From: Octopus vulgaris
Lineage: Eukaryota
Assembly (NCBI GenBank): GCA_951406725.2
Contig: OX597814.1
Coordinates: forward strand, 124,682,001-124,746,000
Direction: 5' to 3'
DNA: 64,000 bases
The notes under the pieces are model-generated. The model did not search any database. It worked only from the letters and a program-made list of their open reading frames with translations, and was not told the DNA's origin. The first letter of the stretch is position 1; every line of letters begins with the position of its first letter. Shown piece by piece: positions 25,794 through 40,200 of this stretch. Position numbers and translations under genes: made by a program.

Positions 25794-27419
25794 TACTGGC
25801 CAAAATAGTTTCAGACCGATGATAACAGTTCTGTTCTTTCATTAATATATTTTAAACAAAACTATAAAATTATTTTCCTTTTTACAGTTTATGTAGAATT
25901 ATTTTCTCTTTCGAATGATACAGGCGTTATATATCTTTCTACAATTCGAATAATTTTAATGCGCAATTAATTCAAATGATCAGAAATTGTCGGCAAAATA
26001 AGTTTAATACCGTACCAAGAATATGCAAATTAATAAGCCATATGGCTGGTTGTTCTACACTGTTTTGCTTAATAATCGACCATTGTTACACATTAATTCG
26101 CTATGGGAAAGCGTCGTAATATTAGCCCAGTTACTAAATCAAAGATCAAATTGCTTCATCAGCAGGACGTGTCCTTCATGAACATTAGCAAGCAATTATG
26201 ATGCAGCAAAACGGCTTGTGCTCAAGCATGGAAGCTTTACCAAGCCACTGGCCAATACAAAGACCGGCAAAGAACGGACGCTCCGAGAAAAATAACAGTA
26301 CAGATGGATCGGCGAATTCATAGGCTCTCTGAAGGTAACCGAATGCTAACAGCAGTAAACAATTGCAAGCAATTATCTGTTGAAACTGACATCAGTTTTA
26401 CACCAAAGCTCTTAGAAACCGTCTAAAAGTATTTGGACTGTTCGGCCGGATTACTCGAAAGAAGCCGATAATTTCTGAGACGAACCGGCGGAAGTGAATC
26501 AAGTTTGCTAAACTCCATATTGAATGGACGGTCGAAGACTGGTCAAAAGTTCTTTGGAGCGACGAATCCCGCTTCTGCATCTTTGGATTAGATGGAAAGA
26601 CTTATGTTAGATGCCGTCCAACTGAAGAATTCCATCCTAAGAGTGTCAAGAAAACAGCGCAAGCGGGAGATGGTGTGGGGGATAATGGTGTAGGCCGCGT
26701 TTAGGAGCTTAGGTGTTGGTTCAATTGTCAAAGTTTATGGCAGACTGAACAGTGTAGGCTATCTACAATTAGTAAATGAACATATGCTGCCATATTTAAA
26801 TAATCAGATGCTGCCGGGATCTATTTTCCAGCAGGACAATTGCCTCGTTCATAAGGCTAGGAAAACTCTGCAATATTTTGAAAGTTTTGTAATATTTTGG
26901 TTACTGAGTGGCTTCTGCAGAGCCCGGATTTTAAAATAATAGAAAATTTATGGAATTATGTTTCTTGAAGAGTTCATGCTAAAAAAAGCAAATTTGCCCC
27001 AATTATATAATTTTATTGAAGAAATATGGGCAGAACATTCCAAGTAATCTTTGTGCGCATTTTGTCGAACTCCATGTCCCGCCGTTGAAAGGCTGCAATT
27101 GAAAATAATGGGTATAGAACTAGATACTAATAATACATTTAGCTCGTTGATCATTTGTGCCGTAAAATTTTAGTTTAAACAAAATATTGTTGGTATCGTG
27201 TTAAACTTATTTTGTCGACAATTTCCAATCATTTGAATTAATTGCGCATTTAAATTATTCAAACTGTAGAAAAATATATAACACCTTTGTCATTTGAAAG
27301 AGAAAAACAAATTCTACATAAACTGTAAAAAGTAAAATAATTTTATACAGTTTTGTTAAAAATAAATTAATGAAGGAACAGAACTGTCAACAATGGTATT
27401 TTACTTATTTTGGCCAGTG
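25794..27419 (+). mobile_element. Tc1-family transposon with long (~230 bp) IR/DR-type TIRs
   Basis: TA-flanked. 25794-26023 is the imperfect reverse complement of 27185-27419. The motif G(C/G)CAAAATA(A)GTTT..ACCG is repeated at the outer and inner ends of the TIR. Confidence 0.88.
26103..27130 (+). pseudogene. Tc1 transposase pseudogene
   Basis: MGKRRNIS..., WTVEDWSKVLWSDESRF, FQQDNCLVH and QSPDFKIIENLW, with multiple stops and frameshifts. Confidence 0.88.
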
Positions 27420-27749
27420 TAGGTTGGGCGTGGGATGCCCTTTCCTTCGATGTTCATTTGTCGGCTTCCTTAGCACCAGCTGGAAGTCTAGGAGCTCCCC
27501 ATAGCTGCAAGTAATCAGTCGGGTTCATTATTCTGATTACTGTTTTGTCGTTGAACCCTTGTAACCCAACCCCTATTCAGACAAGTGTTTCTACCGTGCT
27601 ATTTCTGTTTGATGTTAAGTATTGCACACAGTATTCTGGTGTAGCACCCATCACAGACTGCTACACGGTAGGCTCCAAGATCTAACTTCCATAGTCATGT
27701 AACAAGTAGTACGTGCTCTATAGTCACATATGAAATATATAAATGATAG

Positions 27750-29400
27750 TTTGGTTGCCCTCTCATAGCATTTGTTCTTTTGTCTAGTTTGGTTTTGGGT
27801 TAGTATTTTTTACGGTCTGCTTTTTCTTCGATTTTGAGAACCAAATTAAATTTCTCTTCAGTGATTCAGCTACGTGTTGCTTCCGGCTACTTCATTAGCT
27901 TATTAGCAGTTAGCTCCTTATTTGTACCTATATAGTATTTTAATCAGACGTTTGGTGTCTTATCAATTTTTGTAGCCCTTCAGTTATTTGGTTCTGTAGT
28001 GTTTAAACTATTTCTTTGTTGATATAGCCTTCTACGATTGTTCAGGCGTTGAGTTCGTTGTTTGGAACTATCACCACCATTATGTATTATTCACTGTCCA
28101 TACTCTCTAACAATATTCTTCTGTCTCCTTCTATTGGCACTGCATTGTTTTCTGTTATATTTAACTAGTTCATAAAAAATCACTTTGGGTTGGAGACTAA
28201 CAGTTTGTTTTGTTCAAATGATAGATTTTGCTTTTCATGCTGCCATATTCCCAGCAATTTTGCGAGCATCTCTTGTTTTTTTGGCCCTTGTGGGTAATAA
28301 AGAAACCGAGCATCTCTTGTTTTATATGTTTCTTTTTTTATTTTCCAACTGTTGTTTTGTTATATTTTTTGTAGTACTTGTTTCTCCCGGTCCTTTTGTT
28401 TCAGTTGTGCCTTTTTGTTATGGATTTTAAAGACTGGGGGATATTTCCGTTTATTTTGTATCTTTCCATCTCTGTGTTTGCTTCCCGAGTTGTTTGTCAG
28501 GGATTTATATTCTCATATGTGTACCACTGAAAGATTACTAATTTCCTTTTGAAACACCTATGGTTGCTGCATATATTAATTTCGCTTATCATGTTGTTAT
28601 CAACGCTCATATCTGTTCAAATTTGCGTTTTCGTTGCTTCTATTTAGTCTTTGGGATGGGTTTCTTTCATTGGTCCATAGAAAAGCTCTATTGATTTTCA
28701 TTCTTGAAATATTTCTATCTTTAGATTGCTTATTTTCATGTTCAGGATTTCCATCTTTAGAATTACCTGTTTTTAAATTTTTCAAACATTATTTCTTATT
28801 CACAGTTTTATTTGTGTTGTTTTAGTTCGACTTTTGCTGGTCAGCATTCTGTAAATACTCAAGGATTTCGTTTTGTTGTGTGTTCTTATATTTCCTGTAT
28901 GATTTACATGTGTTAAATCTATCTTCGTGGTTCACGTTCTCAATGCTTTTTTAAAATTTTCATTGTTTTGTTTTGTTCATTAATTGCTTTCGTTATGTAT
29001 TCCTTCTCTTATGTCTACTATCTCATTTTTTAACAGAAAATCTTCTTTAAATTATCCAACCTGTTAGGATCCGACATTACATTTAGATCACAGTAATTTT
29101 CTCTCCATAATTTTTATATCAAAATATTGTCGTGATTTCGTTTTTGTAGTTGACTGCGGTTGCAAAATATGTGCATAGAGCTGTATTCCTAGATTGTTAT
29201 AATTTTAATCGGGTACTGATCGATAAGTTTTTGGCAATGCTGAGTTTTGTACAATCCATATTTCGTACATTTATAACTGAAATTAGAAATCCATTTCTCT
29301 ATCTAACTTTGAGCTGAACAATAAGGTCTTTGCATTATTGTTTGTAATATTCATGCTTGTTGGGTGACTGAACCTGTTTCTTATTGATATGATCCATACT
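27750..29400 (-). pseudogene. Possible very old R4/Dong-like N-terminal remnant
   Basis: Strong T-rich plus-strand skew and scattered minus-strand peptides (MYEIW, LIDQ, IWQHEK). No continuous frame. Confidence 0.25.
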
Positions 29401-29539
29401 TCGTTAGTTTGTTTACATTTGCCGTTCGGTCTCCTATTAGGAAAAATATTTGTAATACATTAATTCTCTGGGGTAAATATCAATGAATTTTACAAGATGA
29501 AGGCCTCTTCAGTTGTGAAAACTGCTGCTTCTTCTCGGA

Positions 29540-30631
29540 GTCGTGCCCGCAAATCCAGCTCTCGTCACCGGTGATGACGCTCGGCATGGAGGATAGGTCA
29601 TCAGCGGCACGCTGACGAAGATCTTGACAGACTTCGACTCGATGTTTTTTCTGCTCAGTGGTCAGCAGAGGACAAACTTGACAGAGACGCGCCGCATGTT
29701 CAATACAGACGTTAGGATTGCTTGTACGGACCCATACAACAGACCGACAGTATCAGCAATGTTGTTGATTGTCCACCAACGATCCTCATGCACAAGCTGA
29801 TGAATTATCTCCACATTTCCGAGGATGACGCTCGTGGCAGGTCTCCCGGATCGCTCCTTCCGCTTTTGAAGCGCTCGTACCATTCGAAACATTGCGTCCG
29901 ACCCATCGCCTCGTCGCCATAAGCTTGCCGAAGTATGCTCAACATCTCTGCAGCAGTCTTCCCAAGTTTAACGCAAAATTTTACGATTCTTTGTTCCAAC
30001 TTCCTGTCCATGACAAAATCGGAGATAACAGCGTACATGTGATCACAAAACATAAAGTCTACAACTTGGGAAGTAAACAGGGTGATGTCGCTCGGCACAC
30101 TGCTTCATGAAAACTACTGCTAGCTCTCATTGCACACGCAATTGTGCACTGCTATGTGTTGGCACGCTACAGAATTAACCCGGACATAAGGCGGCGAGCT
30201 GGCAGAAACGTTAGCATGCCGGGCGAATGGTTTAGCGGTATTTCGTCTGCCGCTACGTTCAAATTCCGCCGAGGTCGACTTTGCCTTTTATCCTTTCGGG
30301 GTCGATTAAATAAGTACCAGTTACGCACTGGGGTCGATATAATCGACTTAGTCCATTTGCCTGTCCTTGTTTGTCCTCTCTGTGTTTAGCCCCTTGTGGG
30401 TAGTAAATTAATAGCTATCTCGTCTGCCGTTGCATTCTAAGTTCAAATTCCGCTGAGGTCAACTTTGCCTTTTATCCTTTCGTGGTCGATAAATTAAGTA
30501 CCAGTTGCGCACTGGGGTCGATTTAATCGACTTAATCCCTTTGTCTGTCCTTGTTTGTCTCCTCTATGTTTAGCCCCTTGTGGGCAATAAAGAAATAAGA
30601 ATTAACCCGGAAATTTTTTGATACCACTTTG
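29540..30631 (-). mobile_element. 5' half of decayed mariner, interrupted by a SINE
   Basis: MDRKLEQRIVKFCVKLGKTAAE..AYGDEAMGRTQCFEWYERFKSGR, SGRP and VITGDESW. The TIR ends ...TTTTTTGATACCACTTTG|TA. Confidence 0.8.
30185..30597 (+). mobile_element. Dimeric SINE family B with 14-bp target-site duplication
   Basis: AGAATTAACCCGGA at 30171-30184 and 30598-30611 brackets two tandem monomers. Confidence 0.9.
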
Positions 30632-31131
30632 TAGTTGCAGTTACGATTACACGTTGAAGCATTTCGGATAGAAGAAAACTGAGGTCAGAGATAGAGAATA
30701 CAACGTAAAGTGGAGGTGAGAACATGTATGCATGCAAAGAATTATTCTAACATATAATTACATATACATATAAACATGAACTCGTGTTAATTGCTTTACT
30801 ACCATCGCGGAAAATAAATTTAACCATGTTCTAAATCTCATATTAAAATAGAAAATTTTACTCAGTAAATATCATTAGCTTTCGGTTCAAAACATTAAAG
30901 AACCAACCGAACTACTAACGAAGGTAGGCAGAGCAATTTGACAGTATAGCGCAATTAATAACAATACTTTTCTTTGAGGGTCTCTCTTCAGGGTCTCACA
31001 ACATTTTACAGTTGTTTCTAAAGTTTTTAAAAAAGTGCGAGTGACGTGTTTGCGCGCATCGGGGCCACTTCATCACTGTATGTATGTGCACACACACACA
31101 TAATCATCGTTATTCCCACCACCACTACCAC

Positions 31132-31179
<48 letters not shown>

Positions 31180-31454
31180 TATTATCATGACTATTTACCT
31201 TCCGCTTTTTCATGCTCGCATAGTTCAGACAGGATTTGTTAACGTGGATTTTCTAAGATCGGGTGCCTTTCCAGTCACCAATCCACACCTATTTCCAGGT
31301 AAGGGGTTATGCCTCACTATAGCCAAACGTATATCTTCAAAGAAGACTGGAAAAGAACAGCGTCTCATGTATGACGGTGACACTCGTTTACAACCATCAC
31401 GTGATAGCAAGACAATAGTATACGCACACACCTGTACACACACACGCGCGTATC

Positions 31455-31528
<74 letters not shown>

Positions 31529-31536
31529 CCTATCTG

Positions 31537-31604
<68 letters not shown>

Positions 31605-31900
31605 CGGACGTGCTGTCACTTCGGCTCCGAAGGTAATCGTTTATTTTGACTATTTATAGCCCATATTTTGTGTACATTTTTGTAAATAAGTTGTGTAAGG
31701 CACCCAACTTTCGTTTGAGTGCTTTTCCAAGGGAAGAATTCGCCCCTAGGGGCAGTTTCAACCCCATTTCATTTCTGTAATTTTCTTCTCGACATTAGAA
31801 AATGTCGAGAAATTTTATTGTAGAACGCTGGTCGCGTTCCTTTATGGACCAGCATTTTCCTAGTTTGGAAACGCTATGAGAAGAAAAAAAGAACTCATGC

Positions 31901-33691
31901 ATGCAAAGTGCAAACATGAATATCGTTGGAATGAACGCTGCAACCACGTGCGGTAACAGCCCTGTCACCACCGCCATCACCATTAACAATAACAACAACG
32001 AGATTACTACTGCTACCACCACCACCACCTCCACCACCACCACCACCACTACCACCACAACCAACATAAATGATAAAAATGAAACTCACGCGAATACTAT
32101 TAAGAAAAACAACAACAACAACAAGAACAACAATAAAAATGAACTATCTAATAGTGAAGATGTTAATACAAAAAAATCAACAACACCAGTAAATTTCGCT
32201 GACACTCTGCGTCAGAAGAAAGAGATTGTAACATTTACAAATGAAGAGCTCATAGAAACGAGAGCTCTCTTTACAACCCGTGGGCAAGATTTAGTGCTAC
32301 ATACACCTCAACACATAAAGCAAGAAATAGAAAATAAGACAATTATATATAAAATTATAAGACAAAACAAAAAACTAAATGAACAGATTACAAAAACAGA
32401 TGTAGAAAAATGCTTAAAAAACATAATGAAAGGAAAACAATATATAAACTGGGGTCCCCAGTTTAACACAGTAGTGGTCCGCTTCCCTAACCAGGAAGTG
32501 GCAAAAGCTCACTCTACTGAGTCTCTGGGAAATGATGAAATCATCATGGTCCCATACTATAAAAACCAGAGAGTGAGTCGAATCACTATTAAAAATGTAA
32601 TTCCCGAGATTCCTAACAAATGGATAACAGGGGCAATCTGTTACCATTTAAAAAATATCAACATTTTGGAAACCGCCGTGTACCTTGGCGACATTTGGGG
32701 TGGGAAAACAATAGTGGTGACCATACAGATTGAGGGGGCCTCTATCGAGAGCCTACCGGATAAGATCCACTTGGAAAATGGGCAATGCCTATATGTTGTA
32801 GCAGAAGGCAAGAAGCCTAGATGCTACAACTGTGGCAGCCCCGAACATTTAATTGCCAAGTGCGCTCTGGTACAGAAAAACAAGAAAGAACAAATCAGAA
32901 AACAAATAAAAAAACCCTTGTTGCCAACACCAACACACTCAATTATGGAACAATGCCAAGAAAAACAACAAACCAGCAAACAAACCCCAACAACACCACC
33001 AAGAAAAGAAACAGTACCAACATAATCACCGTTGACGTCACAACCAATTCAACATGTTGAATCAACAAAAAATAGACCAACACCCACACCGAGGACGACA
33101 ATTAAAAAGACAGAAAACAGTGACGAGAAGACAAATTCTACCCCTAACACCACAACAACACAAACACCGCACAAAACATCAACAATTTCTACAAGCATAC
33201 ATATGAACCCAAATGCTTTGCCTCTACCCCATACTGATACGTCGGACGACGAAAGTTCGACGGAATGGCAAATAGCCACAGGGGGTAAAAGGAAAAGATC
33301 CAAAAAATCCACCAAACAAGGAAGTAAAGCAGGGAGATATCTAACTCCGGACAACATCCTCCTAGACAATCAAAAAAGCAATGAACCCGTAAAACCACAC
33401 ACACAACTAACTGCAATAGACACAGACAATAAAGAATTAATGGACTACATCACATCCAACACGGACATATGTGAAGATGACTTTAAGACAAACAATCATC
33501 CGCACACCACACCACCGAAACACATCAGAATTTTACACATAACACAAGCACAACACCACATACTGAAAACAATATTTCCGAATGCGGTAGGCGGGTTTCA
33601 ACGATACCTGTCGAAAAAACTATACACACACCTCATCAAAAACAATACAAAAGAAGAAGAAAAAAATGAAACTTTTAAAATGAGTAAGTGA
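31901..33691 (+). pseudogene. Tx1 ORF1 (gag-like, CCHC knuckle) with one in-frame TAA at 33023-33025
   Basis: ORFs 31901-33025 and 33032-33691 share a frame. Zinc knuckle CYNCGSPEHLIAKC and a Thr/Asn-rich N-terminus. Confidence 0.85.
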
Positions 33692-33748
33692 CCTCCCCTC
33701 TTGCCTCTTGTCTCTTCTAATGTAGTGTGTAAAACACAATTTTCGTAA

Positions 33749-36700
33749 ATGTCAAGTATGCTTAAATTAGGTTGTGTGAATGCGCGTGGCTTGGCATCGG
33801 CTTGGAAGCAAGGTTACCTTCTAAACGACATCAAGTCACTGAACGTGGATATAGTAGCTATCAGTGAAACCAGACTCAGTAAGCCGCGGGCCCTCGAGTC
33901 CATGTTTGGCAATCAATTTGACATTTACTTTTCTCCCTGTCTGCCGAACATGGGTGCTTTTTCGAAAGAGTCTAAATGTAAAAGTAAGAGCAATATTCCT
34001 AGACCCGGAGGGTAGGCTTGTTGTCTTGGACGTGGATGGCAGAAATGTGTGCATTCCGTCTGATGGCAGTTTATGCACCGTCCTTAACGGGTCGGGCGGA
34101 TTTCTTCAGACGTCTAGAGGTTTTCCTGGGTACGTCTAGACCTTTACTGTTAGTAGGGGATTGGAACGCTACCTTGGACACGCATCTAGATTATGTGGGA
34201 AGGGATAGAAATAGAAGGGGGTGTAAGAGCCTCAAAGACCTGCTCAGACGTTTCCATTTGTCTGACAGGTTCCGACTCGACCATCCGAACGTGCCAACGT
34301 GGACTTGGACAAACCGCGTCGGATCGTCGAGATCTTATCTAGATAGAATTCTATGCAGGACAGCGGATAGGGATAGTGTAGGATGTCCACAATTTAAAAT
34401 AGTCAGCTACACAGATCACAAATTTGTTACGTGTACGCTCGACTTAGATAAAACACATAGGCAGGGTCCCGGTTACTGGAAACTGAACACGTCGCTGTTA
34501 GCGCGACAGGTTTATAAGAACCGGATTAGCGAGTTAATTAAGAGGGCGCTGACGGGAGCAGTCGTTAACAACCGCTGGTGGTACGCCCTGAAAATGGCAA
34601 TAAAATCGGAATCAATTAGGTTTAGCAAGGAATTATCGATAGAACGAAATAGAGTAGAGGGAGACTTGGTTAAGAAGCTAGAAGAGGCACTTACCACTGG
34701 CAGCGCAACCAACGTGCTGGCTGCGAGGATTGCCTTCGACCAACACCTCAACGCCAAGCACGAAGGTTGCGTCGTCAGAGCTAAAATGCGTGCCTTAAGG
34801 AACGAAGGGATCGAAGCTGCGCGAGAGGCCCGGGTAGCGGAGGCGCAGCGTGGCAACAGAGCCACCATTCGGTCTCTAATAGATCAACAGGGATGCAGTT
34901 TACTCGAACCCGAAAGGATGTGTGAGGCCTTTCAAAAGCACTTTGCTCGACTGTTTGGTGCGAGTGGTGGGTCGGAACGCGAGATGGATTTCAGTGCCTA
35001 CCTGACCGACCTGCCGCGGCTCTCGGCAAGAGAAGCGGAATGTTGTGAAAGTCCCATCACAGCCGCTGACGTGTGGGATGCGATGGCGGGCTGCGCGAGG
35101 GATAAGTCGCCTGGATTGGATGGTTTACCCTACGAGCTGTATTGTCAAATGCCAGACTTGTTTGGCGACCTCTTGGCATCAGTCTACTGCAACTGGCAAC
35201 AAAACGGGAGAATCCCCGGTTTCGTGAGCCGAGGCGCAGTGACGTTGCTGAAGAAAGACCCAAACAAGGGGAATTTTATAGATAATTTTAGGCCCATCAC
35301 TCTGCTCAACGCAGATTTGAAAATTTTGGCCAAAGTAATAGCCGAGAGGTTGGCGCTTGTCATTGGTAAACTGGTCGACAGGGCGCAAACATGCGCCGTG
35401 CCGGGCAGAACCATACATGACAACCTCCATCTGATGCGCTACATTGTGGACAGGGTAGTTAAGGATCCTGGCATGGGTGGGGCGCTGATAAATTTGGATC
35501 AGTTTAAAGCCTTCGATAGGGTCGACCATCGGTACTTGGCGGCCGTCCTCAGGGCGGCTGGCTTCGGTCCCGTCTTCCGCGGTTGGATCGCTGCCTTGTA
35601 TAGCGGCATCCGATCGGTGATTCGGGTGAACGGTCACCTGTCGAAACCGTTTGACATCACGCGTTCGGTCCGTCAGGGTGTCCCCTGTCGGCGCTTCTGT
35701 ATGTATTGACTCTCGAGCCACTACTGCGGAAGCTGGCGACACTGAGGGGCATCCCACGGGAACTGGTTGCGGGACGAGCGTGTCGGCATATGCGGACGAT
35801 GTCACCGTCATAGTGTCGAGCGACAAACACATCCAGATGATAGGCGAGACACTAAGAAAATACGAAGCGGTAACGGGAGCAAAGATTAACCCGGAAAAGT
35901 CAGTGGGTTTGCTACTCGGCACCTGGAGAAGCAAGCCCATGCCGTCCGACTGCGGCTCAGTAGTGGGACGCTGGACGGACGGACCGGTTAAATTGCTCGG
36001 GGTGTGGTTCAGTCCGGACCTCCAAATGGATAAGAACTGGGACGAAATCACGAGTAGAGTGGTCGCTCTCAGCCAAACATGGGCCGAGAGAAAGCTGTCT
36101 CTAAAAGGCCGGGCGGAAGTGGCGAACGCGTACATCGCATCCGTCATCGATTACCGCCTGACCGTCGTACCTTGTCCCGACGCCACCATCACCAAACTGG
36201 AACGCATACTCTTCCACTTCCTGTGGAAGGGTGGCGTTCTGATGGTGAGGAAGTCCATTTGCTGTCAACATTCGTTGAATGGAGGACTGGGCATGCCGTG
36301 GTTGATGATGCGCAGGCATGCGCTGAGACTGCGACATCTCTGGAACTTCATCGACGACGGTGAACAGGTGTGGGCGCCGTTTGTGAGGCGCGACTTCCCG
36401 CAGCTCGTCTCACTGACCGAACTGCAAACGTGGATCAAAAAGAGACCGAAACTGGGCGATTGGCGCCGAGAGTGTCGCTAAGCTCTACAGCAGCTCTGCC
36501 GACCGGGGTCAAACTTGTGCAACTTACAAACGACTAAAGCGTTCTATAGAGGACTAGTGGAGGGGAGGTCCGACGACACACTCGGGGCAAACCTTGGCGT
36601 CGACGAGAAATTCCTAACCCGCCTGTTCAGGACGACGTTCGGGCCGGGGCCTATGGATAACTTCCAGAAATCCCTGGCTTGGCAGTGCTATCGAGACGCA

Positions 36701-37177
36701 CTACCTGTTCGAGAGAAGAGCTACAGACACGGTTCGAAAACCATCACCGGACCGACCTGCCCGAGATGCGGTCAGAGCGACGAAACCGTTCTGCACGCAC
36801 TCGTGCAGTGTCCAGATATTTCAGAGCTGTGGTCCTTCGTCGAACAGCTGTTGTCACGTGTAGGTCGGGCTCGCCTATCGGCCGAGTCTATCGTGCATAT
36901 TGTTCCACCACCTTCCTTTAAACGGGAAGGGAAAACGGTTTTCGTTACGCTGATGGCTATGGCGAAAGAATGTGTGTGGTGGACGCGTTTGAAAGGACTG
37001 CAAACAAACACCTTCCTCTCTGGCCAGTCTCTCGTCAACTTTTTCAAGTACCACTTGAAAAGGAGGATGAGAATAGAGAGGAAGGCTTTGTCGAACGAAT
37101 GTTTTAATAAAAAGTGGGTAAAAGTGGCAAAAATGGTCAGTATGAAAGACGACACTATTTTAAGCATAAATCTGTAA
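33749..37177 (+). pseudogene. Tx1 ORF2 (APE-RT-zinc finger), frameshifted
   Basis: NARGL, ISETR, VYAP, GDWN, YLDR, TDH, GPGYWKLN, KSPGLDG, FRPITLLN, KAFDRV, RQG, YADD and CPRC..ETVLHALVQC, spread over several frames. There is an in-frame TAA at 36479. Confidence 0.9.
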
Positions 37178-37465
37178 CGAAAAGAGACAACGAGAAGTAA
37201 GGCGACTTACTCATGTGTTCTTTTTCGAATTGTCTGAGGTGACCTTGGTCTTTTTTGTAGGTTTTTCTTTCCAAGGCTACACTTAAACTGTGAACCTTAT
37301 ATATATATATATTGCTTTTTTATACACCACACAACCCACAGATCCCTATTGATCAAACGTTTTTTTTTTCGTGCCCCACCCATCCCACCTCGAAAAGAAA
37401 AAATTCTACATTGTATTTCGTCCATTTTTATTCTGTGTTTAGACCTGTGTGGCTACAATAGAAAG

Positions 37466-37523
<58 letters not shown>

Positions 37524-38117
37524 GTGTGTGTGAGAGAGAGAGTGTATATGTGTCTGTCTGTCTCTCTGTCTGTCTATCTGTACGACCCAGTCATAAGGCT
37601 TTAGCCAATCCGAGGCTTTAGAGAAATCACTTGCCCAAGGTGTTGCACTGTAGGACCTTACAGGTGAGAAATATATTTTTTTAACCATACAGCCACATCA
37701 GCACTCTTTCCTTTTCACGCTTTCTTTTTTATACAGACACGCACACACATATACGCGTGTACGCGCACACACACACACAAAGATGCATTATAAAATTCGT
37801 TTTGAATAGGACTTGAGCTTTCGCAGTGGTGGGAATTTTTATCCATTGTTTATACAGAGGAAAAAAAGAAGAGCTCCTTTATTGGAATCGATGCCAAAGT
37901 AGTAGAATACATTTGTTGTTCAAATTCTTTTTAAAAGTTTTTTCTGGAGTAAAAATCTTATAAGTTTAAATATTTGTAATGCGAAGATGAAATGGTAAAG
38001 AAAGGAAAAAAAAAAATTATAATAAGGTGTGAGAATGCATGGGTTATTATCTCTATTGAAAAAATAAAGGTTGGAAACAAGAAATTGATAATTTAAGGTA
38101 AGTATATGCGTTTGTGT

Positions 38118-38600
38118 GGGGGCGCAATGGCCCAGTGGTTAGGGCAGCGTACTCGCAGTCGTAGGATCGCGGTTTCGATTCCCAGACCGGGCATTGTGAG
38201 TGTTTATTGAGCGAAAACACCTAAAGGTCCACAAGCCTCTGTACTCTTTCACCGCAATTTTCTCTCACTCTTTCTTCCTGTTTCTGTTGTACCTGTATTT
38301 CAAAGGGCCAGCTTTGTCACACTCGGTGTCACGCTGAATCTCTCCGAGAACTACGTTAAGGATACACGTGTCTTTGGAGTGCTCTGCCACTTGTACGTTA
38401 ATAAATGAGCTGCGACTTCACTGGTGCTAAGCTGTATCGGCCTTTGCCTTTCCCCTCGATAACACCGGTGGCCTGGAGAGGGGAGGCTGGTATGCATGGG
38501 CGACTGTTGGTCTTCCATAAACAACCTTGCCCAGATTTGTGCCTCGGAGGGTAACTTTCTAGGTGCAATACCATGGTCATTCATGACCGAAGGGAGTCAC
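38118..38600 (+). mobile_element. tRNA-derived SINE related to family C head
   Basis: GGCGCAATGGCCCAGTGGTTAGGG...GGTTTCGATTCCC. A reverse-complement relative lies at 42590-42778. Confidence 0.7.
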
Positions 38601-38835
38601 ACAATATGCGTTTGTGTTTTTGGTGTGTTGTGTGAATGTCTTTGTCACGATTGTCTTGCGTGTGAATGTGGGTGAATATGTTTGTGTGTTGTGTGTATGT
38701 GTGATACTTGTGTGCATGTGTGTTAAAATATGTGTATGGACTTATTACGAATCCAGGAAATGCCAGCTGACAATTTCGCGCTCAGCTGAAGGTCTTTGAT
38801 TTTAAGTACCGTGGATTCTATCATAGACTTCCATA

Positions 38836-39220
38836 GATGCAGGAGTGGCTGTGTGGTAAGTAGTTTGTTTACCAACCACATGGTTCCGGGTTCAGTCCCA
38901 CCGCGTGGCACCTTGGGCAAGTGTCTTCTACTATAGCCTCAGGCCGACCAAAGCCTTGTGAGTGGATTTGGTAGACGGAAACTGAAAGAAGCCCGTCGTA
39001 TGTATGTATATATGTATATGTGTGTGTGTGTGTATGTGTGTGTGTATGTTTGTGTGTCAACCGATGCTGGTGTGTTTACGGCCCCGTAACTTAGCGGTTC
39101 GGCAAAAAAGACCGATAGAATAAGTACTAGGCTTCCAAAGAATAAGTCCTAAGTCCTAGGGTCGATTTGCTCGACATGGCCGCGGTCAAATGACTGAAAC
39201 AAGTAAAAGAGTAAAAAGAG
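38836..39220 (+). mobile_element. SINE family A copy
   Basis: Matches 1678-2070. Confidence 0.85.
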
Positions 39221-39229
39221 AGATGCATG

Positions 39230-40200
39230 GAACTGTTCCGTAGTGCCTGTAACATGCTTCAAAATCATCTGACATTCAAGTCTGCCAGTCACAGTCAACA
39301 AAATTTGCCTTCTTCAGTGTATATGTAGAGAAGATTTCCTGTATGGACGCAAAAATCTGGACTATGAAGAAGGAGCATGAAGGTACGCACACCATGCTTT
39401 TAATGAAGATGCAAGTGTTACATGATGGAAGTACACGATAACAGAAGATTTATGCACATATTCCATTCATATCAAATATTGTCACTTTACGTTAACAGAT
39501 TTTACTTGCCACTTCTACCGTGTTGAATCCCAGATCATATCAAATACTGTATTTTAGAGGTTACCGCACCATATTAGAGGGTGAAGCTAGAGGCGCATAG
39601 CTTAGTGGTTAGGATGTCGTAAGATTATGGTTTCGATTCCTGTATTGTGTTCTTGAGCAAGACACTTCATTTCACTTTGTTCCAATCCATTTGTTTTGTT
39701 TTTTTATTTTACCCTTTACTTTCTCTTCCTTTCACATCTTTCTTTCTTTCTGTTTCTTTATATTTATGTGAGTCTTACAAATTTAACACTTACTTTGAAT
39801 AAACAAATTATTTGCGCTTATACTGTACATTGTTTGTTGTTGAATCGATTATCAAGAATGTTGTATCTGAGGTCGTTATGACATACTCTCTTTACGATTA
39901 GAAAACTTTGCTTGTAACATGACCTACAATTACCTGTTGAAACAAATTCACTTAAATGTTAAAATACGACGCCTCGATCAGGGAGGAATATATATGCACC
40001 CACCAGAGAACCCGTGAAACCAGCCCTATGCTCCTTAAGGAGTGATGAGGACTCTCCAATATAAGGCAAAAATAACTCAACTATATTGATGTTATTGGTA
40101 GAAATTCACAACATGAAACTGAGGACCTACTAAAACTGATGAGACACAGAATTTTCTGGCATGGCATTGTGAAACACATTTGGATTGCAGTCGCTTGAAA
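39230..40200 (+). pseudogene. Decayed RTE-type LINE C-terminal fragments, interrupted
   Basis: Peptides resembling VE..LYG..WTMKK, L.CHFYR and EDLLKLMRHRIFWHGIV. Confidence 0.4.

Larger units (their letters stand above)
31605..37466 (+). mobile_element. Full-length Tx1/L1-clade LINE inserted in (TATC)n
   Basis: 5' UTR, ORF1, ORF2 and 3' UTR, with (TATC)n at 31451-31604 and 37467-37523 and no poly(A). Confidence 0.9.

Noticed and set aside
33023-33025. Programmed readthrough or selenocysteine recoding in Tx1 ORF1
   Set aside because: The stop is TAA, not TGA, and the same element has several other disabling lesions, so a nonsense mutation is the simpler explanation.
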